Assembly: GCA_963575745.1 (NCBI GenBank)
Contig: CAUYUJ010000203.1
Location: 434,001 to 498,000, forward strand
Direction of reading: 5' to 3'
DNA: 64,000 bases
Source: Prorocentrum cordatum
Taxonomy: Eukaryota
Part shown: in pieces, positions 25,200-37,397 of the stretch
How the letters are laid out: every line of letters starts with the position of its first letter
How positions within the stretch are numbered: position 1 is the first letter of the stretch
Notes under the pieces: generated by a model
Told to the model about the DNA's origin: nothing
Seen by the model: the letters and a program-made list of their open reading frames with translations, nothing else
Databases searched by the model: none
Position numbers and translations under genes: made by a program

Positions 25200-26308
25200 G
25201 CATTCAACCCGTGCTCTCTTCTGACGTATCAAGGCAAGCTGCTCACGGAGTGCTCGCTTAGCTGCTGCAATCTTGCGTGCTGCCTCCTCCTTGTTGGCAT
25301 CGCTGTCAGCCGCCCGTCTGGCCTCGAGAAGGGCCTCTCCTGCAGCAGCCAAGTTCTTCTCGTCTTGCTCGCCGGGGTCCATGTCATCGTCGGCCCCACC
25401 AGCAGGTCGAGTTTCGACATCAGCAACAGAAGGCCTTTTCCTGGCGCTGGGCTTCCTTGATGGAGACTGCCGGGGCCTCCAGCAACTGCCGCCAGGTGTC
25501 CAGGTGTTCGCCTCACCCTGCATATGCGCGCATCCTGCCGAACCAGTCCTTGAACTATTGGCTGGCCGAGGCGATCTGCGGGTCGCCCATCTTGAGGATA
25601 TGTTCTCCATCTTGTGCGAGCCCTTTAGCGTAGGCCTCACGTGCTTCTTGTTGGAGAAGATCTGCCTGCCTCCTGGCCTCGTCGAGGGCCATCTGAGCGT
25701 GCGCCAGCCTTTTGTCCAACTCTGCCTTGGCCTTCTCGATCTCAATCTTCTTCTCGACCAGATTGTTCTCGAGCGTGGCCACCGTTCCCTTCGCCTTCGA
25801 CAGGCGAGTGTTGATGGACATCTGCTGGACATGCAGCGGTTTGGCCTCTTGTAGCGCCTTCTGCAGCCGTTCGACTTGCGCATCTGCGAGGGCCCGATCA
25901 TCATCATGAGTCGAGAGACGGGCCGCCTTCTGCCAATGCGCAAACCTCTCCTTGATTTCCTTGACTTCCTTCCCGTCGTCCGACTCTGTGCGCCAGGGCG
26001 GCTTGGCTTCTCCAGCCTTGCCACCTTTCTACATCGCGTCGAGCCTCTTGAGGATGGAGCCCAGGGCATCTTGCAGCTGCGGGCCACCTTGGGCCCACTC
26101 CCCTCTTGGCGGTTGATGTTGAGCGCCTCCTGCCACGGCCTTCTCAAGTGCTTCCTTGGCTGCTTTAGACACCTCAAAGGGCACGGGGCAGCTGCAAGCA
26201 CACTTTATCCGAGGCGCCCAATTCCCTTTTCCTGTGACAACTCGCGCAACTCCACAATGGCTTCCGTGGACCGAGGAGAACGTCCTTCGAGCCAACACCA
26301 GTCGACAT
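25200..26308 (-). pseudogene. LINE ORF1 remnant: N-terminal RanBP2-like zinc finger plus coiled coil
   Basis: MSTGVG...WSCASCHRK/(frameshift)GNWAPRIKCAC; SINTRLSKAKGTVATLENNLVEKKIEIEKAKAELDKRLAHAQMALDEARRQ. The end is approximate. Confidence 0.6.
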
Positions 26309-26442
26309 CGCACGGCTAGCACAGGTGAGATGGGTCTGCTCCGACAGGAGGTCACCAAAAAAACAAGCAGCAACTCGCCTGGCCAAGGCAGACGAGGGGA
26401 ACGGTGGGGGCCGCTGCTCCCCCTTGCCAGAAAAGGCCAGGT

Positions 26443-26475
26443 CCTGTGCCAAAAAAGGCTACGGACTTGAGCCAA
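26443..26475 (-). other. Tandem SL-like sequences at the LINE 5' end
   Basis: Reverse complement: TTGGCTCAAG (exact last 10 nt of SL) followed by TCCGTAGCCTTTTTTGGCACAGG (SL with about 3 substitutions and 1 insertion). Abuts the assembly gap. Confidence 0.75.
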
Positions 26476-26476
26476 C

Positions 26477-26576
26477 NNNNNNNNNNNNNNNNNNNNNNNN
26501 NNNNNNNNNNNNNNNNNNNNNNNNNNNNNNNNNNNNNNNNNNNNNNNNNNNNNNNNNNNNNNNNNNNNNNNNNNNN
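26477..26576. other. Assembly gap (100 N)
   Basis: Run of N. Confidence 1.
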
Positions 26577-26929
26577 CTCCTCCCCCATCTTCCTCACCCT
26601 CGTTCCGCCTCGTTCTTCGTCCTCCTCCTCCTCCTCTTCATCCTCCTCCTCCTTCCCGTCCTCCTCCTCATCCTCCTCTTCCTCCTCCTCTTCCTCTTCC
26701 TCCTCCTCCGCCTCTTCACTCAGGACAACATGGTATCCTGCATGTCATACTCAACCCCTTTGGAGCATAATCGGTAACGACTGACCCAACCAGGGCTTCA
26801 TGCAACCTTCTCATTCCCATCCCCCTTCCCCTCTCTTCCCCCCTCCCCGTACCCCTCCTCCACCTCCCCCCCCTCCTCGTCCTTCGCGTCGTCGTCGTCG
26901 TCATCCTCCTCCCCCTCATCTTCCTGCTC

Positions 26930-27141
26930 ATCCTCATCATCACCATCATCACCTTCACCACCACCATCATCAGCATCATAATCAGTAGCATCATCAGCAT
27001 CATCGTCGTCATCAGCATCAACATCATCATCAACAACGTCGTCAGCATCATCGGCATCAACATGACCAACATCAACAGCATCATCATCATCAGCAGCATC
27101 ATCATCAGCAGCAGCATCATCAACATCATCAGCATCATCAG

Positions 27142-27210
<69 letters not shown>

Positions 27211-27301
27211 AAGCATCATCATCATCATCAGCATCATCATCATCAGCAGCAGCAGCAGCATCACCATCACCACCACCAACAACAACACAACCATCACCAC
27301 C

Positions 27302-27371
<70 letters not shown>

Positions 27372-27399
27372 GCATGATCATCACCACCACCACCACCAA

Positions 27400-27435
<36 letters not shown>

Positions 27436-27454
27436 CATCATCCTCATCATCCTC

Positions 27455-27524
<70 letters not shown>

Positions 27525-27690
27525 GCATCATCATCCGCCAAGAACCTCCGCCGCCGCCGCCTCCACCTCCGCCTCCGCCTCCGCCTCCTCCTCCTCCTCC
27601 TCCGCCTCCGCCTCCTTCTCCTCCTTCTCCTCCTGCTGCTGCTGCTCCTTCTCCTCCTCCGTTTCCTCTTCCTCCTCCTCCTGCTCCTCC
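26930..27690. repeat. (ATC)n followed by (CCT)n microsatellite
   Basis: Direct reading. Confidence 0.95.
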
Positions 27691-27712
27691 TCCGTAGCCA
27701 TTTTGGCTCAAA
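27691..27712 (+). other. Genomic DinoSL copy heading a second retroelement
   Basis: TCCGTAGCCATTTTGGCTCAAA, 21/22 match, directly after a (CCT)n tract. Confidence 0.92.
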
Positions 27713-30110
27713 CTGTCTTGCCCGCTGCGGCCGCGGCCCGCCTGCCATAGCCCCCGCGCCAGCGGCCCGCTGCTGCGGGCGCTCGCGATTCCCGAGCGCA
27801 GGTCGTGCTCACCAGCCTGGCACCGCCGCCTGCGCAAGTGCCGAGCGCGGGCGAGGCTCGCCCTCCGCTGCGCCTGAGCGCGCAGGCTCCTGGAAGGCCA
27901 TCACGGCGAACGTCTGCTGGGTGGCCTCCCTGGCGTTGACATGCCGCCCAGGCAGCCCCCGTGGAAGGCGGCGGCGTCTGGCCAGCCGCAGTGGGCGTGT
28001 GTGTGTGTGTGTGGCCACGCGGCTGCGCGGCTTCCTCACAAACTTCAGCACGCGAGACACACCGATGCTGGAAGTGCGGCCGCGGTCGAACTGGACGACT
28101 GCCGCCCCCTGAAGATGGAGCGAGCCCAGCGACTCAGCCTCTTGCCAGCTCGGCCTCCGCGAGCCGCCCTCGGAGTCGCCCTCGCTCTGGTGTTGCTGCT
28201 GCCCCTGGTCAGCGCCGCAGTGCTGCGGCCGCGCCCGTGGCGTGCAGCGCGCGCGCGGCAAGGCCTCTCGGCGCTCCAGCAGCTGCAGTACGCCGAGGAC
28301 CACCCGCTCATCCTCGCCGCCAAGCAGGAGCTGGCAGCTTTGGAGGCCGAGGAGCAGAGGGCCCAACCGCCCGAGGGGCTGCTCAGTGGCCTTCAGCAGC
28401 GCCTCGCCGACGCCAGGAGCGCGCTCGGCCAGAGGGAGGAGGAGCTGGCCGCCGCCGAGGCGAATGTCGTCAAGCTGCGCGGCCAGCAGGAGCAGCTTGC
28501 AGGTGACGCCAGCAAGCTCGAGGTCGAGGTCACTGCCGCCCAGCGCGCCGTGGCCGCCCCAGCTGCAGGCCCCAGCGGTGTGGACTTGGCGGGGATTGTG
28601 TCCAACCTGGTGGACTTGCAGGCCTTGCTCACGGCTGCCCCCGCCAGGGCCCACCAGGGCCAGGGCGTCGAGGTCCTGGAGGCGATCAACACGCAGGTGC
28701 TGGCGATGGGGGCAGCTTTCCCCGCTGCCCGCACCTGGCAGGCGGCAGCTCACGAGGGTCGGCGCCCCCGCGCTGGGGCCGGCTGCCCCCGCCGCCGCTG
28801 GAGGGCTCGCGCAGGCCCCCGCCCCGGCTGGAGGGGATCATCCAGGCGCCCTCCCCTGTGGCCGTGGCGCCCGCAGCCGCCGCGGTAGCAGCAGCAGCCC
28901 CAGCTGGTCCAGGAGGTGGTGCTTTTCCAAGCGCCGCTTTTCGCCCCCCAGGTGGGGGCCCAGCCGCGGCGGCATGGGGGGATGTCGGCATGTACTGCTC
29001 GTCGTGGCGCGCGCAGATCACACAAAAAGAATGCTACACTGGTTGCGAACAACGGCTCGTCATGGGGATCATGCCGTGAGTTCCTGGACAGGTGTGCTGA
29101 TCTTTCAAAGCTGTCGCAGCGCAAGAGCTTCGCATCGATGGGGATGAAGTTCAACGGGATGAAGGGTGGGCAGCGCGGGCAGGATGACATGCCATCATCT
29201 CGCCATACAGGCGCCTCGAGTCTGGGCGGCGTTCCGCTGGGGTTGGACTCTTCGCCGGGCGCCGCATTGGCATGACATACTTGCCAGGCTGCGCTGAAGC
29301 GCCTGGGTCTTTTGAGGTCGCCCCGAACTTCTGCGTCGCCTGCCACGCGGATTTCGGGGTCAAGGGCGGCCTCGTCTTGCTGGCGGCCTACATCGAGGTG
29401 AACAAGTGTGGCCTTGGCGCGAACACATCGCGCCTCTTCTCCATCGCGACTGCCTTGAGAGGGCGGAACAGGCGTTTCATCTTGACCGCCGATTTCAATT
29501 GTGCTCCCAGTCTGCTCAACGCTGACGGCTCCCTCGACTACATTCCTGCCCGGGTTGTTGCTCGGCCGTGGCGGGGCGGCGGCAATGTCGGCACGCGCAG
29601 GAGAGCAAATGGCAACTATTCTAACATTGCCTACTGGTTGGCGAGCTTGTCCATCGCAGGCTCGCTCTCGGCCCCGCAGCCTGTCCAAGGATGGCCTGCG
29701 GCGCCGCGCTACCCCATGCAGACGGCCTTGGCGGCAGATGCCAAGTCAGTCAAGTGTTTGATGCTCGCTGGGCCCAAGGCTTGCCCCAAGCAGGCTCCCG
29801 AGCACGAGGTCGAGGTCGTCGCCGATCATGACCACTTGGGCATCATCGAGCGAGACGCGGAGTTGGGTGGCAGCCCGTCCTCGGCGCAGGCGCAGGTTAG
29901 GTTGAATTACCTCTGCTCCGACTTTGTCGCCATTGCTGAGCAGGAGCTGGCGTTGCAGCATGGACTCGAGGATGACGAGTCTCGCTACGCAGGTCGAACT
30001 GCTAAGGCCACCTACTCTTGGCGGCAAGCTGGAGGACCGCCTGCTGGCCCTTACCCTGCTGCCCCTCCTGATGCCAGGATGGCCAGGCGCTTGGCCCAGG
30101 CCGCCAAGGA
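27691..30110 (+). mobile_element. 3'-truncated LINE-like element: SL, coiled-coil ORF1, degenerate APE endonuclease
   Basis: ORF 27941-28888 is coiled-coil (LAAKQELAALEAEEQRA...LQQRLADARSALGQREEELAAAEANVVKLRGQQEQL). It is followed by TLVANNGSSW, VLLAAYI, FILTADFN (GDFN), NIAYWL (IDY-like) and PRYPM (PHxPV-like). No RT is reached. Confidence 0.7.
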
Positions 30111-31232
30111 CGCACGCACTCGTACCCCACGCGCTCCTCGGCGTCGACCTCGGGGTCTGGCGGGACAGAGCCGTCGACGCTGAACAAGTCCTCGTCGTGC
30201 TGCCCCATGCCCTGCTCGACTTCGTGCACCGACGCGTGGGCCACCAGCTCGACCTGCCTGGCGTAGTACGGCACGACGGAGCCGTCGTCGTCCTCGGCCC
30301 CCGCGCAATCCACGTACACGTTGAGTCCAGCTCCTCCTTCACCATGCTGTGCTCCGCCCCCGCCGCCGCGGTGACGCAGAGCACGTCCTCGCCGTACTGC
30401 GCCTCGCCGCGCTGCTTCTCGTCGCGCACGGCCTTCTCTGCGAGGCGCCAGTCCGCCTCCAGCCCCTTAGACAAAGATCTCGGCCTCCGTCGCGGGGTCC
30501 TTCAGCTGCCACGTGCCTGGTGCTAACCAGCCCGTGGTCGCCGCCTCGCTCTCCACGTGGATCCTCCCGTACGGATCCTTTGTCACACACTCGGCGCCCG
30601 ACTCGACCGCCTTGGGGGCCGCGCTCTCCAGCACAGTCTCCTCCTCGAGCTCCAGGTGGAACGGCACCTTCTTGAAGGCCCCGCCGCAGACGCCCGCCTC
30701 GGAAGCCGATTGCTCACTCCTCCACGGGCTCCTCCAGGCGCGACACCTCCGAAGCGTTTTTTTCACGCCGAGCCGCGGGCCGCTCTGCGCCGCGCGGAGC
30801 TGCGCAGCACCAGCCCCCAACACGTCGATGCCCTCCGCCACCGCGTGAAGGGCCACGTTGCGCCTCAGGCGAGCCACCGCCGTCGGCTCCTCCCCGCGGA
30901 CGAGGGCGCCCAAAGCAGGGGCGGCCGCAGCCAAGCGCCTGCTCAGTTCGCCATCCGCGCCCGCAGCGCCCAGCGCCGCCGCGAGGTCCTCGTAGAGCCT
31001 GCGCCAGGCCCTCGCCTCGAGCGCCTGCCGGTGGACTGCGGCCTTAGCTGCCGCGGCCGCCGCCTTGCGCGCCTCCCGACGATCCCGGTTTGAGCGCCGC
31101 ACCGGCGGCGCGGCCAGCGGTTCCATGGCCGACCTCCCGTGAGCCACCATGCCAAGCCCCGCGCGCGCCCGTCGAGCCCGCGGCAATGGGCCAGGAAGGC
31201 ATGAGGCAAAATGGCTACTAAATGGCTACGGA
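30110..31232 (-). mobile_element. SL-headed, frameshifted, intronless ORF (retroposed transcript or ORF1 of a third retroelement), 3'-truncated
   Basis: SL-like head at 31200-31232. Ala-rich, GC3-rich ORF MEPLAAPPVRRSNRDRREARK...ARLRRNVALHAVAEG, continuing via frameshifts to ...DPEVDAEERVGYECV. Confidence 0.55.
31200..31232 (-). other. Partly duplicated SL-like sequence
   Basis: Reverse complement TCCGTAGCCATTT-A-GTAGCCATTTTGCCTCATG: the first 13 nt of SL, then a 17/19 match to SL nt 4-22. Confidence 0.8.
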
Positions 31233-31258
31233 TGATGATGATGTTGATGCTGATGATA

Positions 31259-31324
<66 letters not shown>

Positions 31325-31519
31325 TTGATGATGATGCTGCTGATGATGATGACGATGATGATGATCATCATGCTGCTGCGGATGATGCTGATGAGGATGA
31401 GGATGTGGATGATCATGATGATGATGGATGATGATGATGATGATAATCTGATGAGTACGATGATGACGATGATGATAATAATGCCGACGCTGCCGATGCT
31501 GATGCTGATGCTGATGATA

Positions 31520-31567
<48 letters not shown>

Positions 31568-31767
31568 GTCCGCTCCAGTGCACCGGCGCAGTGGAGAGTG
31601 GTTCTGAAGATGAAGATGATGATACTCGTGAAGATGATGACGATGATGATGGCGATGATGATGATGATGATGGTAATTATTATGATGATGTTGACGAGAT
31701 ATGGTGATGATGGTGATGATGATGACGATGATGATGATGATGATGGTGATGCTGATGATGATGATAG

Positions 31768-31823
<56 letters not shown>

Positions 31824-31957
31824 CTGGTGGTGGTGAAGAAGATGATAATGTTGACGATGATGGTGATGATGGTGATGATGATGATGGTGATCATGGTGAT
31901 GGTGATGTTGGAGATGATGATGGTGATGATGATGAAGCTGATGCTGCTGATGATGGT
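31231..31957. repeat. (GAT)n microsatellite
   Basis: Direct reading. Confidence 0.95.
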
Positions 31958-32882
31958 AATCCCACCAGCCCTCTGGGCGTCGGTGGTTTAGAGCGTTTCC
32001 TCTTCCACCCCTCCTTCTTCCCCTTCGGGGAGGGGTTTACCCCTCCCCCTACCCCCTCCCCACTGACCTGGACAGGGGGTTCCGCGGCGCGCTGGAGCGC
32101 CCAAGATCGACCCCTGGGAAGGCTAAAATTCGACACCCCTCACGAGGATCGTGGCTCCTGGGGGGGGGACTCTAATTAAGGAACCCCTCTTCTTTGATCG
32201 ATTTCCTCCACGATGGCCGCAAGAGGCCCCCAGGATGCCCCAAGAGGCCGCAGGATGGCCCCAAGATGACCCCAAGAGGCCCCCCAATAGGCCCCCAGGA
32301 GGCCCCCAAGAGACCCCCAAGAGGCCCCAAGAGACCCCCCAGAGGCACCCAAGGTGCTCCCAGAGGCCCCAAGATGGCCCCAAGAGGCCCCAAGAGGCCC
32401 CCACTCGCCTGGGCGTCGTTTCTGGACGGGCTGGTGGGAATACTTTTTTTTTACAGCCGCAGGCGGAAGCGCCAGCGGCGCAAGGTCGCGGGCCGTGGAC
32501 GCGACTAATTTCTGGTGGGGATACGCGAAGCGTCTAGAATTTTGATGATGCTGAAGATGATGATGATGCCGATGCTGCTGATGATGATGGTGATGACACT
32601 GACGATTGCAATACATAACCATGACGATGTCGATGACGATGCTGCTAATGAGGAATATGATGACGATTATGAATCGCATTGGTGGTCATGGTCACTCACG
32701 GTGACGATGTGCTCACGCTGCTCGGAGGGAATGTGATGGGTGGGTGTGAGGACTCCGCGGGGGGGTCTACAGAAAGCAAGAAGTTGGCTTAGGACGCGGG
32801 GAATGTGGTGACTATTCTGGGAAATACGATGAAGGGGACGACGCATAAACCAAACATGAGGATAAAGCGATAGAACCATGCG

Positions 32883-33083
32883 TTAAGCTAAGGCCAGGAA
32901 GAAACGACAGACCGACTGGCCAAGGTCCGCTGAGCTCTGCGCTGGCTCCGTGCAGAGTCCGCACAGCGCCGGGCAGGCGGCGGAGACTGCGGTCCCCGAC
33001 GCGCCGAGCTGCGCGGTCCCCGACGGGCCCTCACGAAGGGCGTCGACGAGGTCCGAGTCGCACCCGAGGGGCAGGAAGGTCTC
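32883..33083 (-). CDS. Probable late or terminal exon (ETFLPLGCDSDLVDALR...)
   Basis: CAG|G acceptor with a GC3-rich start. The end is uncertain (first in-frame stop at 32883, or an earlier donor). Confidence 0.45.
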   Translation of the reverse strand, partial: ETFLPLGCDSDLVDALREGPSGTAQLGASGTAVSAACPALCGLCTEPAQSSADLGQSVCRFFLALA

Positions 33084-35929
33084 CTGGGCACGCGGGGGGG
33101 GATGCAGAACCGCCCACCGCGCCCCCCTCGCCTCCAAGAATACCCCGCCCCCCATGCTTCCCTGGCCACCCCTTCCCCCCCTCCTCTTTGTACGTTCGCA
33201 AGCGTGATATTCTAGGCTGTCCTCCTGATCCTCCTCCCCCTCTCTCCAGGCATCTTCAATTACACATTCTGCTTCTCTCCTCTCTCCCCTGACTCGGTCC
33301 AGAAGATGATGTGCCGCGCTCTCCGCGCGTGTCGTTTCTTACACACAAGATTGGACCAAGGTGGTTTGGGTATCATTGTATCATGGCTGTTTACATACAA
33401 TCCCGCTGTTTTCGGTATTTCAAAAGGGTGTTGCTGCTGCTGCAACGTGGGCCTCACTTTCGGATCGGCGCTCTGCTCTCGTCGTCCAGAATGGCGCTCT
33501 CGCCCCATCGCGGGCAACTCGTCTGGATCCGCGTCCTTGTTCAACGTTGTCGCTCCCCTCAATTCCCCTCCTCCGCCTTCCCCTGTCCCCCCTTCCCCTC
33601 CCACTCTACTCCAGTTCTCGCGGTCCTGTTCATCTTCCTCCTCCTATCTCCTGCTTCTGGTCCTCCTCCTCTTCCTCCTTCTCCTTCTCCTTCTCCTCCT
33701 CCTCATATCTCCTCCTCCTCCTCCTCCTCCTCCTCCTCCTCCTCCTCCTCCTCATACTATCTCCTCCTCCTCCTCCTATCGCCTGCTCCTCCTCCTCCTC
33801 CTCCTCCTCCTATCGCCTGCTCCTCCTCCTCCTGCTCCTCCTCCTCCTCCTCCTCCTCCTCAGCTCCACCGTTCTGATTGCGCACAGAACTGTGGGGCCT
33901 TGTTGGGGGCTTCAGGTCCGCTGGACACGCGCCCGCGCATACAAAAAAAACAAGCGCAACGGGAAGGGATGGGCGGGAGGCGTAGGACGCCAGATATGGC
34001 GAGAGCGCACTTCGCCTGTCTCCGCGCCAAAAGGCAACGGCCGCAGCTCGGTCGAGAGAGACTGCCGAAAGCAGAGCGCGCGGGCGCCCCCGACTGGGAT
34101 TCTGCGAGCGCGCCTCCACTCCTCAGGGAGTGGGATCAAGAGAAGGAGCAGGAAGAGGGAAGTAGGGAGGAGGAGGAGGAGGAGGAAGAGGAAGATTTCC
34201 ATCGCCGCAAATGCTTTCCCGATTCTTCCCCTAGCCTGGCCATGCGAGCGAGGGTTCGGCCCTCGAGCCGAAACCAAGACAGGGACAATCCCGGATAGGG
34301 AGCAATCAGGGATCCCTGAGACCCCGCAGTCGGCGATTCTGCAGGATGTATCGGGCGCGGCGGCATTCGCAGAGCTTTCTCGGAACGCTCTGGGAGCGTT
34401 CCGCAAGGCTCTGGAACGATGTGTCCCTGTGCTAGCGCTCCGCTGGAGCCTTCGTCTCGTCTGACTGCTCTATGTGAGCAATTCTTTGCTCGCGGCGCTG
34501 GCGGTCGCTCAGCGCGTGGGGGGGGGCCCAGGCCAGGTTGCGAAGCGGCAAATTGGCACCATGAGGGCGGGAGGAGAAGAGGGCGGCCGCGGAGATGGGA
34601 CTGCTGGCGGGCGAGGCGCTCATGACACGAAGCTCATGACGCCAGTACTGCAGCACAGAGGCTCAAGGCACTGAGTATGCTAAACAGGCCCGCGTAAGAG
34701 AGCGTGCCCCGCGCTATGCCGCGTCTGGTGCGTGTCGGGTTCGGTAGCCCCTCTCCCTCTCTCTGAAACAGCCTCACGCTCGGTGCGAGGCAACATGTTT
34801 GCTGGGCCCCGCAGGCGCGAGGATGGCCCACTCGCTCCCCGAACATGCTCTGGGCCTCCGATAAGGCAGCGGCGCCCAAAACAGCAAAGTTTGCGGTGGG
34901 CCCGTCCGTGACCGCCTCCCCCCAGACCTGCCATCCCAGCCACCCCATGCCACCACCACCCCGCAGCGGGCAGCCCAACTCGATGAGCACTGCAAGCCGG
35001 GTGCGAGCCTGCCAAACGTGTGTCGATATCGGGCTTCAGTGAAAACGTGGCACACACTCATCGACACGTTCGTTGTCTTCCCCAGTGAATGTTCAAAGAA
35101 GGGGGAAGAAGAAGGGGATGCACCCGACTCACCTCCAGCCGATCATTTACAATGTGTTGTAAAAGCGGCGGGACCGGTATCAGGCTGCAAACCAGAAAGA
35201 AACCCCTCTGGTAAAGTAGAACTGGCAGCTTCTGATAGAGAACATGAAACACAATGATAGGAGTGAGGGAACAACAACGCGACCCGTAGGTCGACAAACT
35301 TCGCTACATCACCTCAAAGAACGACGGGTGCTCGAATGGGCTGTCGAACTCGATGCAGTGTGAACGAGCGAGTGCATACGCGGGAGTTCTCTTTCACGCG
35401 GCTTCAGCTGCGCGAGGTCGCGGCCAGCACGGCGGCACGGACGAGGGCTCTCGGGAGCAGAAAGCACCAGCAGCCTGAAGGGTGCAATGGGCACGCTACG
35501 CTGTGTGAACTCTGTGGTCCTTCGGGTGTGACCGAGCCCACGGCAGTCTTCGAGAGCGCGGGGGCCTCTGCAGAAGGGAGTCCAGACGCACCGCTCCGGC
35601 TCTGTTGTGAAAGACGCCAGCATGTCCTCAGCACGTACAACACTGGACAATCCGTGCCCCCGCGAGGGCCTGCTCGTAGCACCGGTGAAAGTATAGAAGC
35701 CCGCCCGCGATGCCCCTGGTTAACAGGATGAGGACGAGGCGGCACCAGAGGGAATGGGACAAGGATGAAGGAAAGCGGAGGGAGGACGGAAAGAGGAAGG
35801 GAAGATGGAGGCACGACTTCTGGACACCGCCCCCACCAACAAGCTGCTCGGCACAAAACCGTGGAGCGGGGCTGTGTTTAGAAAAACGGCACCCCCAAAC
35901 AAGCTGATCTGGGGGGCCACACGCGCACA

Positions 35930-36044
35930 CTACCCCTGCCCCCCACGATTTCTGAGGGGGGAAGGTGGGGTTCACTTCGCTCGGGAGCTCCCGAGCGAAG
36001 TGAACCCCACCCTCCCCCTCAGAAATCGTGGGGGGCAGGGGTAG
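35930..36044. repeat. Spacerless palindrome of about 115 bp centred on GAG|CTC (35987/35988)
   Basis: The arms differ by one mismatch and one indel. Confidence 0.92.
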
Positions 36045-36365
36045 GGGGTAGGGTTCGCATGTGGCCCCTGATGGTCCGGCACAAGGTACGGACAGGAACT
36101 CTTGCGTGGCGTGTGGCGGCGGCGGCCCCGGCGACACGCGATGCCTTGCGAGCGGAGGGCGCGCCGCTCCGCTCCGCGGGGCGGGGCTCCGGGAGAGCTC
36201 GGGACTTCGACGCCGGGGGGCAACGGCGTGGGTGGCGTGTCGCGCCTGAGCGCGGTGGGTCCAAACCGGCGGAGCGGCACGCCATCCAAAACACATCCCA
36301 ACCGCAGGTGGCCACAGATCGGGCACGGAGGGAACGGAGGCGGGAGGAGGGTCCTCGCACGTGAC

Positions 36366-36437
36366 CCCCTTCAGGACGGCAGGGTCCCAGTCCTCGCAGC
36401 GGTCCGCCAAGCAGGACAGGTACTCGCGGAGGCCGTC
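36366..36437 (-). CDS. Exon (DGLREYLSCLADRCEDWDPAVLKG)
   Basis: AG|G acceptor, GT donor, strong GC3. Confidence 0.6.
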
Positions 36438-36891
36438 CTCGAGCGAACCGGGAGCAACGGCAACTGCGGAGAGCCTGTCCCCTCCGGGGCAGGAGGAAGA
36501 GGGAGGAGGGAGGGAGAGGGGAGAGGAGAGATTGGGGGAGCAGGAGGGAGAAAGGAGGAGGAGGCATGATTGAAAATGACGAGGAGGATGGTGAGGCTCG
36601 GAGGAGATGAGAGAGAGAACGATGTGTGTGTGTGGGGGGGGGGACGAGGATAGAGGGAGAAACATGATAAGAAAGAAGAAGCGGAAAAAGTGAACGGGGA
36701 AAAGAGGAGGGCGACGACGGAGAAGAAAGAGGAGGAGGAAAATAACGGAAAGATAATGGAAGGAGGAAGTGGTTGAGGAGATTAACCAACCAGTTTGCAC
36801 ATCAAATGGCTATGTAACCAAGCGACAAACAACTCAATACTAGCCCCTTGGGCGGGTCGGCGCCCTCTTCGTGAGCCTCGGTAAGTTTCCC

Positions 36892-36892
36892 G

Positions 36893-36927
<35 letters not shown>

Positions 36928-36999
36928 CTGAATGTGATGATGATGATGCTGAATGTGATGACGATGGTGACGATGATGCTGCTGCTGCTGATGTTGCGG

Positions 37000-37031
<32 letters not shown>

Positions 37032-37358
37032 GCTGATGCTGATGCTGATGATGATGATGATGATGCTGATGATGACGAGAGTTTTTGATGGTGGTGATGC
37101 TGATGCTGCTGATGCTGATGACGATGATGATGCAGATGATGACAATGAGCATGAGCATACTGTTGTTGATGATGATGGCGCTGCAAGCGATGTATTTGAT
37201 GATGGTGATGATGATGACGAGTGCGGTGGTAATGATGATGATGCTGATACCAATGGTGATGTTGATGATGATAATGGTGATTATGGTGATTATGCTGATG
37301 ATGCTGGTGATGACGACGACGATGATGATGCGGATGATTAAAATGAGGCTGGTATCGC

Positions 37359-37397
<39 letters not shown>

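Larger units (their letters stand above)
19730..26465 (-). mobile_element. Degenerate, near full-length non-LTR (LINE-like) retrotransposon: ORF1 + APE-RT-RNase H
   Basis: Frameshifted domains occur in the expected order on the minus strand: zinc-finger/coiled-coil ORF1, APE, RT, RNase H, C-terminal Cys motif. The 3' end runs into (GAG)n and the 5' end is SL-like. Confidence 0.88.
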
